DNA of 63,188 bases from positions 28,769,355 through 28,832,542 of the forward strand of contig NC_069000.1 in NCBI RefSeq assembly GCF_001194135.2. Reading direction: 5' to 3'. The notes under the pieces were generated by a model. It was not told the DNA's origin and ran no database searches. It was given only the letters and a program-made list of their open reading frames with translations. Shown piece by piece: positions 51,371 to 63,188 of this stretch. Position 1 is the first letter of the stretch. Each line of letters starts with the position of its first letter. A program made the position numbers and the translations under genes. The DNA is from Octopus bimaculoides (lineage: Eukaryota).

Positions 51371-51919
51371 TATATATACATAGACAATGCAATATTGCTT
51401 GAGGATAAGAAGCCACTCCAAAAAATATGCAAATTTAAATAAACATAGGCACATAATGAACATACATACAACTATGCATACACATACAGAAATGCATAAA
51501 AAATATATGTTAATACACTTTTAAACAGGTATATATGAATAAAGAAAATACAAATTAGATAACTGGACATATGCACAATATACAAACCCAGACAAAATAT
51601 ATGCCTACAGAGACAGATAGGATAATAGACATGTAAAGTACAATTTGAAGTCAAAGTATCTCATTCTCAGGAATGTGTGTGTGTGTGTGTGAATATGTGC
51701 GCACGTGTGTGTGTGAATGTGTGCACACGTGAGTGTGTGTGTGTGTATGTGTGCATTTATTCTTCAGATAAATTCCAACTGCAATATGAAAGGGGTTCAA
51801 AAGAACAACCGTACGACATTGTATTGTCTGTTGCACAGGTTAACAAGAGAAGGATTTGTATTTGGACTTGCTGTTTGGTGCATATACTTGCAACAGCTCC
51901 AGCAGTCCTTCCTTCAGTG

Positions 51920-54350
51920 TAAGTTTCAGGAGGCAAACCTTCCCACTTAGTGGAATCTACTCCATAACATAATCTAACAGCCAAGGTCTTGTGAGTATCC
52001 CCACTTCCTTGATGAAGTCACTGCAGCTTTAGATGCAGTTAAGACCAAATCTTTTTTCCTACTAGGAGACTTCAATGCACATGTTGGCACTGTTCACCAG
52101 ATGTGGAAAAGAGTGATTGGGAGGAATGGTGACCTTGAACTTTGGTGCTAGAAATGAGTTCTCCATTATGAACACATTCTTCCAATATAGGGATATCCTT
52201 AACTATACTTGGCATTGGGATACTGAGGGACAGAAATCATTGACAGATTTTGTTATCATCTCTGACGTCTTTGATTCTATGCTGAATGTTCATGTAAAGG
52301 AGAGGATTGGAACTATCAACTGATCACCTCCGAGTTGTCTGCAACCTGAGACTAAAATAGGGAGAATTCACAAAACTGCTAAATCCAGTGTGACTTTCAG
52401 AATAAAGTGGGAAGACCTGGCAGATGATGGGATCAGAAACATATGCAGAAACAAATATTTCTGAACAAATTTGGGATGTCAAAATGGAATGGAGTTTGTT
52501 TTTCTTGACAGTTTCTTCTTTGACTGTACAATGATGAGGATGAAAGTGACTCATAGTGGCATCAAGTAGAAAAAGAATTCCTGGTTTAACCGGGAAGTTA
52601 AAAATGCCAACAAAAAAGGTTTACAAAGCTTGGCTTGGAAATGAGTTTCTCCTTTAGATGATACACTGATGCAAGAGAAGCTGTAACAACGGAAACAACA
52701 AAGGTGTTTCAAGGTCATGAGAGGATTTTGTGTTTGAGCTGGATTCTGACTTTAGATTGGCCAATAAAGTATTCTGGAAGACCATCTGCCAGATTCGTAT
52801 CAAGAAGTACTCTTCCACACCTGCCATTAAGAATTCAACTAGAGTTCTCTCCACAGAGAAGAGCACTTGGGAGGAGGTGGAGGGCATATTTTACTGATCT
52901 CTTAAAGTCTTGTAGTGGACACATGGTGCATCTAGGGGTGAAGACTAACCTCACAGAGGCTGAAGTCATAAAGGTAATTAAGGTACTCCTGTGGCAAGGT
53001 CACTGGAGAGGATAAAATTCAGCCTAAGATATTAAAAGCCTTTAATAGAAACTTTTATATGCTTTAGTGTTTGGAAAGACACTAAAGTAATGGCAATCCC
53101 AATTTTTAAAAAAGGGAAATAAGAAAGTACTCTAATATATAGGAATTTCTTTGTTGCGCCTGGTAAAGTCTATGTGAGGTGTCTTAAAAAGCAATGCTGA
53201 GAGAATGTTAAGCCTAAGCCAGCTGCTAGCTGAAGAATAGTGTGGCAGAATAGCCTGGATGCAGCACACTCAACCAGATACTCACTCTAAGGCAGCTCTT
53301 TGAGAAATCATGTAAATATTGCCATTAGGTGTACACTTGCATTGTAAATCTTAAAAAAAGCATATGACATGTCATGGGACATGCAGTGGCAGGTTTTGTA
53401 AGAGTTTTAGATTAACGCGCAACTTCTGATTAGCATGTCTCTATACAAATGCTCAGATCTTTATGTTTGGGTAAATGGTGCTAAGTCAATACCTTTGAAC
53501 ATGGGTATTGGACTTTGGCAGGAGTGTGTAAAGTCACCTCACCTTTTCATAATTTTTATGAACTAAATTGACTGTACAGTTGTGGGAGTGGTATCACAAT
53601 TGATGGGTGTGGGATCAGTTGGCTGATATTTGCAGATAACATGATGCTCCTTGGCTTATCAGGTGATCTCCAGCATGCATTGAATAGGTTTGCTGCCAGA
53701 ATGCAAGACAGGGATGCGATTTATACTATGAAGACTGAGACACTGGTCCTCTCAAGAAAGCCTTTTCAGTACACTCTGCATGTTAGTGGAACATTACTGA
53801 GACAAGTGGAGAAGCTTAAGGATCACAGGGCTGTATTCATGAGTGATGGGAAGCAGGAAACTAAATTGGGTGCTAGAATTTCAGCATTCAATCTTCAGAA
53901 GATGTTAGTATAAACGCTTAACATGTTTTCTTCAATTCAATTTTTGTGCCTATCCTCACCTATGGTCATGAATGTTGGGTAATGACTGAAAGAGGACAAT
54001 TGAAAATACAAGCAACTGAAATGGGGTTCATTCAGTATCTCTGGAGTAACATTATTCAACAGAGTATGTAGCTCAGAGATAAGGGAGTCTATCCAGGTCA
54101 AGTCATTACTTCTCAACATTGAGAGGTAACAGCTCTGGTACTACAAACATGTGATTAGAATATTGCAGGAAAGAATAGCAAGATGGATTCTTCAAGCTGA
54201 GCCAACTGTCTGGAGACCTAGGAATAGACTAAGAATGAAATGGTTGGATAATATACATAGCCTCAGTTAGTCGTGCTTCAGAATCTAGCCAGAAAGTCTA
54301 ATGACAGTTGCTTCTGATAGGACCCTAAGGAGATGGTACTTGAGGATTCT
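51920..54350 (+). mobile_element. RTE-clade LINE (endonuclease plus RT), heavily decayed
   Basis: LLGDFNAHVG, NTFFQYR..YTW, IPIFKKG..YIGISL, NLKKAYD, LIFADN, KTETLVLS, LTYGHECWVMTE, RPRNRLRMKWLDNI. Confidence 0.85.
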
Positions 54351-55772
54351 ACCCCAGTAATTCTCTCAAGAATACATACAAATACATATACTCAGGCCTA
54401 TTCCCATTTTTTTTAGGAAGGAGTAGCTACAAGACACACACCAGGCATTCCATTCATTTCTCAGCTCAAAGAGGTGAGCCCTGTCCTATGCTTGGGTCAA
54501 GGCATAGAACGCAATCCCCAATATCAGATGGGAGCCCAACAGCATATGCTGGTTTACACCCACTGCATCATGCTGGTTCCGTACCCCTTTGAGCAACATC
54601 AAATTCACTCATCTGTCCACAAACACTCTCCAAGCTTTTCCATCATTTATAAACTCTCTTGCCTCTCTCACTCCAATACCTCTAACCACCAAAGCTTTCT
54701 TCCCTCCATCCATCCACACAAACTGAGGTCTGCTTCTGGTTCTGCTGCCTAACATCCTGCCTTCATCACCCTCCTTACCACCTGCTCCTCATCCATCCTC
54801 TCCAAGTGACCAAACCACCTCAACATTTATCTATCCATTTTGGCTGTTAGTTTTTCTCCCATTCCTGCTTGCCTTTGTACCTCCTCATTGCTCATCCTGC
54901 CCATCCGTGTCACAACAACCATAACCCTCTCAAGAATAGTAGGCAAAAAAGACGGTTGGATGGAAATTGGAACTCAGATTCTTTCTAATGCAAGACAAAA
55001 GAAACAGACATAAAGAATTTGATAACCTGCATTAGACATAAAGATTTTGAATTCAAACCCATTCGAGAAATAAACATACCAAGTGTCCCATAATTAAGTC
55101 ACCATTTAATATTTAATGTTCAAATGCTGCTTTTTTACTTGGCAGATGATGATGGCAGATTTGACTAATTAAAGTACAGTATTAAATATACTAATATAAA
55201 TTACAAGATGTGCAATAAGTTGTCCTTACTAAAAGACAATAGAATCTTGAGGGTTTGCAAATAGGCTTCTCAAATAGATATTCACCAGAGGAGAATTCTG
55301 AATATCAATCCAGCAAAACTTTACAAAATTGTGTCTTTCAGTTGAAAGTTATGAATGGTTTGTAAGCTGGAAAGTCGACACCAACATAAATAATCAAAAT
55401 AATTTACCCTAACCCCACTCTTTCATCTCACTGTGAATTAGTGACTGATATATTACTTCTTTTAACAGGTGATGGGGGTTTTGTGGCGTTAAGGTAGAAA
55501 AGTTCACACCCACCACCTTTAATACCTGCCCACAAATGTCATGAGAACTATAGCCCTATATAATTCAAGATGCCATAAGCCATAGCTGAAGCACTAAATA
55601 ATATAGTTTCTAGAGAAACTCACTGAGGATAAATGTAAGTATGCGTGTGTATAAAAAATGTGAAGTTATAACAAACAGTAAAGTAAACAAAACCAATGAA
55701 TAAGGCCTTATATTTGGTCGCTCAGCCCATAGAAATAGCAATCAAATCTTTTTCAAATCACATCTTGCTGTT

Positions 55773-55806
55773 GTCCTCCTCCTCCTCCTCCTCCTCCTCC
55801 TCCTCC

Positions 55807-55841
<35 letters not shown>

Positions 55842-55848
55842 GTCATCG

Positions 55849-55881
<33 letters not shown>

Positions 55882-55890
55882 CCACCACCA
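55773..55890. repeat. Compound microsatellite (TCC)n(TCA)n(CCA)n at the tail of an RTE-tail element
   Basis: Direct reading; followed by the minus-strand element 55890-56300 and (GA)n at 56311-56378. Confidence 0.9.
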
Positions 55891-56311
55891 CTGTTTAATG
55901 TCCACCTTCCATGTTGGCATGAGTGGGATGGTTTGACAAGAGCCAGCCAGGCAGAAGCCTGCACCAGACTTCTGTAACTGTTTTGGCAGGATTTCTACAG
56001 CTGGATGCCTTTCCTAACACCAACCACTCAACAGAGTGGACTTAGTGCTTTTTACGTGGCACAAGCACAGGTGAGGTCAGTTTTGGCAAGGTTTTTACAG
56101 CTGGATGCCCTTCCAAATACCAAACACTTTGCAGTGTGGACTGGGTGCTTTTAAGTGGCACCTGCACTGACAGGGTCACCGAGTAAACTGCAAGACAAAA
56201 ATCTTTTGAGAGGGGAGGGGTCATTGGAGGAGGTGATCTTGTGTCAGATGATGAAAGGTTATAGCGAAAGGCAGAAACAGGTGCCTTGCTGTAGAGGAGG
56301 TACAAGGTTAC

Positions 56312-56379
<68 letters not shown>

Positions 56380-56714
56380 AGGAATGAAGACAGAAACAGG
56401 TGCGCTGATGCAAAGGAAATATGTTGTTTACCCAACCTGAGGGAAGTGCTGGAGGAGAGAGAGTGGGAGACAGTAGGACAGAGATGGTGGCAAAGTGCTG
56501 GGCATACTCACAAGAGATGGGGATCAGATGGTTGAGTAAAGGAAGAGAAAGATATAAATGGTGGAAAGTGCCAGGGCATACCCTTGAAGCTCGAACTCCA
56601 TAATATAAATGGCAGGATATTGTGATGGAAGTGTGATTAAAGAGTGCGGAGCGGTGGGAGTGAGTGGTGAAGACCTGGGTATATATAGAGTTGGGAAGGG
56701 GTGTCTACCGGGTA

Positions 56715-57060
56715 GCAATGATACAGAGAAACAGGGCCGTGAGGACAGGATCGGGGAGTGAGAGCTAGGCATAGTGTATGAAGGAGGAAATGTGAGGAAG
56801 AGATGTAGATTGATTTGTTGGGGTAGGTTGTGTGAAAGGTTTTCTTGTTACATGTGGGTGGAACACACAGGCTCGGAACTAGCAGATAACAATGATACAG
56901 TGAGACGACATGGGTGGAACACACAGGTCGGAAGCTAGCAGAGAGCAATGATACACTGGCACAGGGCCAAGAGGACAGGATTGAGGAGTGGAAGGTAAGC
57001 CTAGTGCATTAAGTGGAAATGTGAGGAAGAGAAGAGATGGAGAGATGTAGTTTGGTTTGT
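56715..57060 (+). repeat. Purine-rich region with an imperfect duplication of about 100 bp and a two-copy repeat of about 55 bp
   Basis: GCAATGATAC..ACAGGGCC..GAGGACAGGAT..GAGT..GGAAATGTGAGGAAGAG at about 56715 and 56945; GGGTGGAACACACAGG twice (about 56855 and 56912). Confidence 0.6.
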
Positions 57061-57169
57061 TGTGGCAGAGTGTGTAAGAAATTTTCTTGTTAAGACACAC
57101 AGCACTTCTAGAACACAGTTTTGCTGACATGGGCTGATCTTCTGAAGAACTTCATATTGCCAGACATCT

Positions 57170-58075
57170 CAGTCTTTTGTCATTTCCTCCTTGAGGCTTA
57201 ACATCCTGAGATTGGTCCTTACCACTTTATCACACATCTTCCTGGGTCTCCCTCTTCCATGGGTACCATCCACTTTCAGTGATCAGCACTTCTTTATGCA
57301 GCTGTCCTCATTCATATGCATTACATATCCAAACCAATGTAGTCTTCTCTCTTGCATGCTACATTTGATTCCTCTTATGCCCAACTTTTCTCTCAATACA
57401 TGTGCACTTTATCGTACATGCGCACTGATGTTGTACATCCAACAGAGCATACTACCTTCATTTCTCTCCAGTCTACACATATCTTCTGTATTCAGAGCCC
57501 ATGTCCCACTACCATGGAGTATAGCCATTTGCACACAAGCATCACCTTTTACTCTGAGAGAGAGTCCTTTTGTTGCCAACAGAGGTAAATAGCTCTCTGA
57601 ACTGCCTCCACCCAATTCTTATTCTAGAAACAATACTTTCAGAACATCCTCCACCATTGCTAATTTTGTCACCTAGGCAACAGAAACTATCTACAACCTC
57701 AAGAGAGCCTTCTGGGCATTTGAGAGAATCTAAGCCTTCATGTGCTCTTAGTACTTATTGTTCCTGCACAGCTGCCACATACAAAGATGACTTTATCTGT
57801 TAATCCATCTGTGATTCCACTGCATCTCTAATGTGTCCATAGTTTACACTGGGTGCTACAAATGGAATTTCTTCCAACTCCTTTCCTATATACTGAGCAG
57901 GGCCATTTACCTGACAAAGAGAGTTTTATCTTCTTTCTTACTAACAACAACTTTGGTCTTAGCTACTTTAACCTTAAGGTCCTTTGATTCCCGGTTTTGT
58001 TTCCATGCCTGGAGTTTCTTCTCCAATTCTGCTAAAGATTCTGCAATAAGGGCAAGGGTGTCAGCATAAAGAAGA
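57170..58075 (-). mobile_element. RTE-clade LINE 3' half
   Basis: LLYADTLALIAESL, KVKVAKTKV, LATKGLSLRVKG..ILHGSGTWAL...RLERNEGSMLCWM, GRPRK. Confidence 0.85.
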
Positions 58076-59057
58076 CTACATTGGATAATGTAGTCTTCTG
58101 CCAGGCAAAATAAATGAGACAGTCATTGCTAGAATACCTTTTGTTATATATAAGTCTTTACAGCCAGTGATGAACTGAGAATAAACAACACCAATAATGA
58201 AGTTTCTGCATCGTCATTCAAGTAGCTGCCAATTTCCCCTCAAATTAGTCTCTGCCAGCTTGAAAAAAAGGAAGGCCACATAGTTCAAGATTCAATGTCT
58301 AAAAAAAAAAAAGATAAAGGACATGATGGTCACAGCTGGAATGCCTTTGATCATAGATTTATTTCATCACAGCTGACCTGGGACTAAACATTCATAAAAC
58401 CAACAAGAAGTGAAGGTACCTTGGATAATGTAGTCCTATTTACTTTTAAAAATAAACAATATCATGCCTGAAAACTTTGATCACAAGTTTACTTGAGCAG
58501 GGTTCACCGGGATTAAACAACAACTGCAACTGAAACCAGCACCTTTATTATTGCATTCTTCTTCTGCTGTTGTTCATCAAGCACACATGATAAAAGGTGT
58601 TATAGCTATGAGCATAGAATTCATCAGGGACTTTATTATTCATGTGTCCTTTCTGTATTTAAGATGGCAGGGGGAGATTTAGCTATTATTTCTTGCAGAG
58701 TTGCGTGACCTCATAGTACTTTCTTCATCGTTTGTTGAACATAGACAATAAATGGTTCAGAACTGTAATGAAGAGAGACAAGATTCCTAATTTGTTGATA
58801 GTAAAATATTTTTATATGTAATTTAAATATGTAGGCACGGGCATGGCTGTGTGATAAGAAATTTGCTTCCCAACCACATGGTTCCAGGATCAGTCTCACT
58901 ATGTGGATGACCAAAGCCTTGAGAAAGCATTTAGTAGAAGGAAACTGAAAGAAGCCCATAAATATCTATCTATCTATCTGTCTGTCTGTCTGTCTGTCTG
59001 TCTGCCTATCATCTATCTATCTATATACTTGTGTGTATGTATGTATGTGTGTGTGTG

Positions 59058-59104
<47 letters not shown>

Positions 59105-59113
59105 AATAATATA

Positions 59114-59150
<37 letters not shown>

Positions 59151-59869
59151 TATATACATACGTATATGTACATACTTACAAGGAAGATGTGTTCTTGTCT
59201 GTCTCCTGTCCAAGCTTGATTTACGTGTTCGCCACCACAACCTTGTCTAGGCTTAGCAGCCCTTCCTGTTTGTTTTAACTGTCCTGTTTACGTTACCAAT
59301 TTTAACCCTCTGCAAAACCCCAAATTTTATTTAATTTGATATGTAGGAGCAACTGTTTTATCAAAGGCATATCTAATTGTGAAATGCTCGAAATATGAGA
59401 GTAGAAAAACAGCCAACAACTGATGAAGGGTCGTTCGTTATGTTGTTTGTCTTGTTTTCCTTTTGTGTTTTTCGTTGTTCGAAAAAATAGGTCATATTCC
59501 TTGTACTCGTATTTCGTATTTTTTGTTGTACATGTTTCATGACATTCTGTGCCCACATATGCATATATCTATATATATATGTATAGATGTAAGCATGTAT
59601 ATATATATGTATGTATATATGCATACATATATATATATACCTCTACCCCACACTCCACCCATGCCTTCCCCACCTCCCAACACCCTCACATCACACCACA
59701 CCAATACCCTCGCATCACACCACGCACACACTACAACTGACCAACTACTTTCTCCCTTTCTCCCTTCCCCCATTTTCACACTACATACGTCAAGATCACC
59801 AGCATTCTACCTCCCACACACAGCCCCTCGTTCCCGATCACCGTTTGTTATCTCCCCCTTTCTTAGCTC

Positions 59870-60027
59870 TCCTGAAATAAGAATTTCTAACTTCCGGTCA
59901 GCCATTGTTATGATCGGCCATTATTATGATTGACCGTTGACTGAACACTATTCAATTTTTTTTCTCCGTGTTTTTCTCCTTGTCTCCGTATTCTTTCTGT
60001 TGAAGAGCGTAGCTCGAAACGTCAAAG
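59870..60027 (+). mobile_element. Possible Penelope-like element terminus at a gap edge
   Basis: TTGAAGAGC-GTA-GCTCGAAACGTC resembles the hammerhead-derived motif of PLE pseudo-LTRs; the core is imperfect. Confidence 0.35.
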
Positions 60028-61398
60028 NNNNNNNNNNNNNNNNNNNNNNNNNNNNNNNNNNNNNNNNNNNNNNNNNNNNNNNNNNNNNNNNNNNNNNNNN
60101 NNNNNNNNNNNNNNNNNNNNNNNNNNNNNNNNNNNNNNNNNNNNNNNNNNNNNNNNNNNNNNNNNNNNNNNNNNNNNNNNNNNNNNNNNNNNNNNNNNNN
60201 NNNNNNNNNNNNNNNNNNNNNNNNNNNNNNNNNNNNNNNNNNNNNNNNNNNNNNNNNNNNNNNNNNNNNNNNNNNNNNNNNNNNNNNNNNNNNNNNNNNN
60301 NNNNNNNNNNNNNNNNNNNNNNNNNNNNNNNNNNNNNNNNNNNNNNNNNNNNNNNNNNNNNNNNNNNNNNNNNNNNNNNNNNNNNNNNNNNNNNNNNNNN
60401 NNNNNNNNNNNNNNNNNNNNNNNNNNNNNNNNNNNNNNNNNNNNNNNNNNNNNNNNNNNNNNNNNNNNNNNNNNNNNNNNNNNNNNNNNNNNNNNNNNNN
60501 NNNNNNNNNNNNNNNNNNNNNNNNNNNNNNNNNNNNNNNNNNNNNNNNNNNNNNNNNNNNNNNNNNNNNNNNNNNNNNNNNNNNNNNNNNNNNNNNNNNN
60601 NNNNNNNNNNNNNNNNNNNNNNNNNNNNNNNNNNNNNNNNNNNNNNNNNNNNNNNNNNNNNNNNNNNNNNNNNNNNNNNNNNNNNNNNNNNNNNNNNNNN
60701 NNNNNNNNNNNNNNNNNNNNNNNNNNNNNNNNNNNNNNNNNNNNNNNNNNNNNNNNNNNNNNNNNNNNNNNNNNNNNNNNNNNNNNNNNNNNNNNNNNNN
60801 NNNNNNNNATATTTGTGAGTGTGTGTTTGTCCCCCACCACTGCTTGATGGTTAATATTGGTGTGCTTGCATTCCCATGACTTAGTGGTTCAGTGGAAGAG
60901 ACTGATAGAATAAATATCAGGTTTATGAAAAAAAAAAAGTTTGATTCATTTAACTAAAATTCTTCAAGATGGGTGCCCCAGGATGTCCACAGTCTAATTA
61001 CTGAAACAAAGAAAAATGTTTAAAAAAAATATATTATTAGATGGAAGTATAGAGTGACTGTGATTTGGAAATCTTGCCAGTGACAGCTTGTCAGATAGTA
61101 TCAGATGAGCCTCATTGCCAGCAAAATTTCAAAGTCATGGTTACTCAGTAATTCTATCTAATAACTTCACAACATTCACAACCATATGGTTTGGGATTTT
61201 TACGTATATCATCATCATCGTCGTCAAAGAGACTTTCTCTCTATGGCTGGAAGCCCTTCTTGTTGCCTACCCTCATCTGTTTTCAGGTAATGTAATATTT
61301 CATCATGACTGGACAGGTTTTTACAAAAGACTGGAAATTAGAGATGCTGCTTGTATGAGGGGACATGTGTTTATATCCACTGCATAATGTCAAGACAA

Positions 61399-61443
<45 letters not shown>

Positions 61444-61719
61444 TGTATATGTATGATAAGTTCCCAGACAGTTTCTGTATACCAATTTCATTCACAAGGC
61501 ACTTGGTCAACATGAGGATATAGAAGATATCCAAGATGCCAGACATCGAGACCAAGTCCCAAACCACATGGATGCAAATCAAATTTTATGACCACAGACA
61601 TGCTTGCATCTATATATGTGTTTGTACATGTTTCATAAAATATAACTCCTAAAGACATATTTATCAGGTCCCTGGGCCTGACATGCAACACTGGCATTGG
61701 CTATGGCTGTGATCTCACT

Positions 61720-61960
61720 TTAGTTGCCAGGTCTTCTCAAGCACAGCATATCTCCAAAGATCTCAGTCTCCTGTCATTGCCTCTGTGAGGCCCAAGGTTC
61801 AAAGGTCATGTTTTACCACCTCATCCCATGTCTTCCTAAGTCTATCTCTTCCACTGGTTCCTTCCAGTTAGGGAGTGGCACTTCCTCATGTAGCTGTCCT
61901 CATCCATACATAACACATGACCATACCAGCACAGCCATCTCTCTTGCACACCACACTGGC
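61720..61960 (-). mobile_element. RTE-type LINE 3' remnant
   Basis: VQERWLCWYGHVLCMDEDSYMRKCHSL on minus. Confidence 0.75.
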
Positions 61961-62149
61961 CATGACTGTATGCATATATATACATATATACAAAATTTCG
62001 TCCTTTCTGAACCAAATACCCTGAAGTGACTATATATATATATAATGGAACTCTGATTATGTATACCAGAAAAAATATATAAGTCAAAACAATTTGTTGG
62101 GCTTTCATGGTTTTTATAATTATTTATATAATATTATATTATGTTATGT

Positions 62150-62615
62150 TATATATTATATCCATAGATGCGTCATGAGATATGATATGCTTGAGAAGAC
62201 CTCCTGAGTCAAGTAAATCCAATATCGTAGCTGTAGCCAGTGCCCCCTGGCTGGCTCCTGTGCCAGCGATGTAAAAAAGGACCATCCGAATGTGGTCGAT
62301 GCCAGGTCGGCCTAACCGGCCCCTATGCTGGTGGCATGTAAAAAACACCATCTGAACATGGTCAATGCCAGTACCCCCTGACGGGCTCCTGTGCCAATGG
62401 CGTGTAAAAAACACTGTCCAAACGTGATCGATGCCAGCACCCATTATACTCTCGGAGTGACTGGCATTAGGAAGGGCATCCAGCTGTAGAAACATTGTGA
62501 GATCAGATTGGAGCTTGGTGCTGCTGCTGGCTCTCCAGACCTCAGTCAGACCATTCAACCCATGCCAGCATGGAAAACAGACATTAAATGATGATAATGA
62601 TGATGATGATGATGA
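62150..62615 (+). mobile_element. RTE-tail element with three internal 65-66-bp tandem repeats
   Basis: Units 62241-62305, 62306-62371 and 62372-62437 each end in ATGCCAG; (GAT)n tail at about 62588-62615. Confidence 0.8.
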
Positions 62616-63188
62616 TAATATATATATGTGTGTAACCATCATCATCTTCATCATTTTCAATGCTGATATAGGTCAGATGGAACTTTTTGAGATATTTGTT
62701 TTGCTAGATGCTCTTCTTGCCAGAACCCCACTTCTTTTCAAGTAAGGTACTTTTCATTTCAGTGATCTTCACATGTCATCTGAATAATGGGACATTTGTT
62801 TACTAGGGAATGTAAATAATTTCTCCATTCTTTTGTTCAGATGGTACTAATTAGGACATGCAGAATTGATGTCCACACACACACATACACACACACACAC
62901 ATGCATGACTGGCTTCCATACAGTTTCCACCTACCAATATTACTAACAAGGCTGTAGGCAGCCCAAGGCTATAGTAGAAGATATTTGCCCAATATACCAG
63001 GCAGTGAGACTAACCCTGAAACATGGTTTCCTTGATGAAGAATAAAACAAATAATAATGAATTGGTAGGGGAGATAAATCAGAGTAAATTAAAGATTAAT
63101 ATGAATGTTTAAATGTTGATATAAGTGTTTAAATAAAGGCAGTGAGCTAGCACAAAAGGGCAGCAAGCTGGCAGAATCATTAGCATAC

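Noticed and set aside
55696-55977. Poly-Ser and poly-Asp/Glu ORFs; also (RE)n at 56155-56535
   Set aside because: Microsatellite translations.
11950-58075. YxDD motif damaged or deleted in nearly every RT remnant in the window
   Set aside because: All these copies carry many stops and indels, so loss of a 12-nt motif is expected; there is no evidence of selective inactivation without a genome-wide test.
1-63188. CRISPR arrays, rRNA or intact tRNA genes
   Set aside because: None seen; the tRNA-like A/B boxes belong to SINE heads, and the tandem repeats lack unique spacers.

Overview
AT-rich (micro)satellite- and transposon-dense animal genomic DNA with 8 assembly gaps. The repeat families (tRNA-derived SINEs with TA/CA middles, RTE-tail elements ending in (ATG)n) look like those I associate with Octopus genomes; this species call is inference. 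I could not identify any intact host protein-coding gene: the long ORFs in the track are N-gap artefacts, microsatellite translations or decayed transposon fragments. Content: two Tigger/pogo DNA transposon loci, piggyBac-like TTAA MITEs, other fold-back elements, CR1-, RTE-, R4/Dong- and Tx1-like LINE remnants, a decayed K02A2.6-like Gypsy, a 29-bp minisatellite and a CpG-rich promoter-like domain (about 17.4-27 kb). The best lead is a 2.47-kb LTR retrotransposon (24499-26965, minus strand, TTATC TSD) that keeps gag, RNase H and integrase but lacks protease and RT. Where its primer-binding site should be, it carries a 12-nt perfect complement of the 5' END (nt 1-12) of tRNA-Phe followed by ACCA, instead of the usual complement of a tRNA 3' end. 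A second lead is a 230-bp element with a hammerhead-like core and perfect 26-bp inverted ends (24085-24314).
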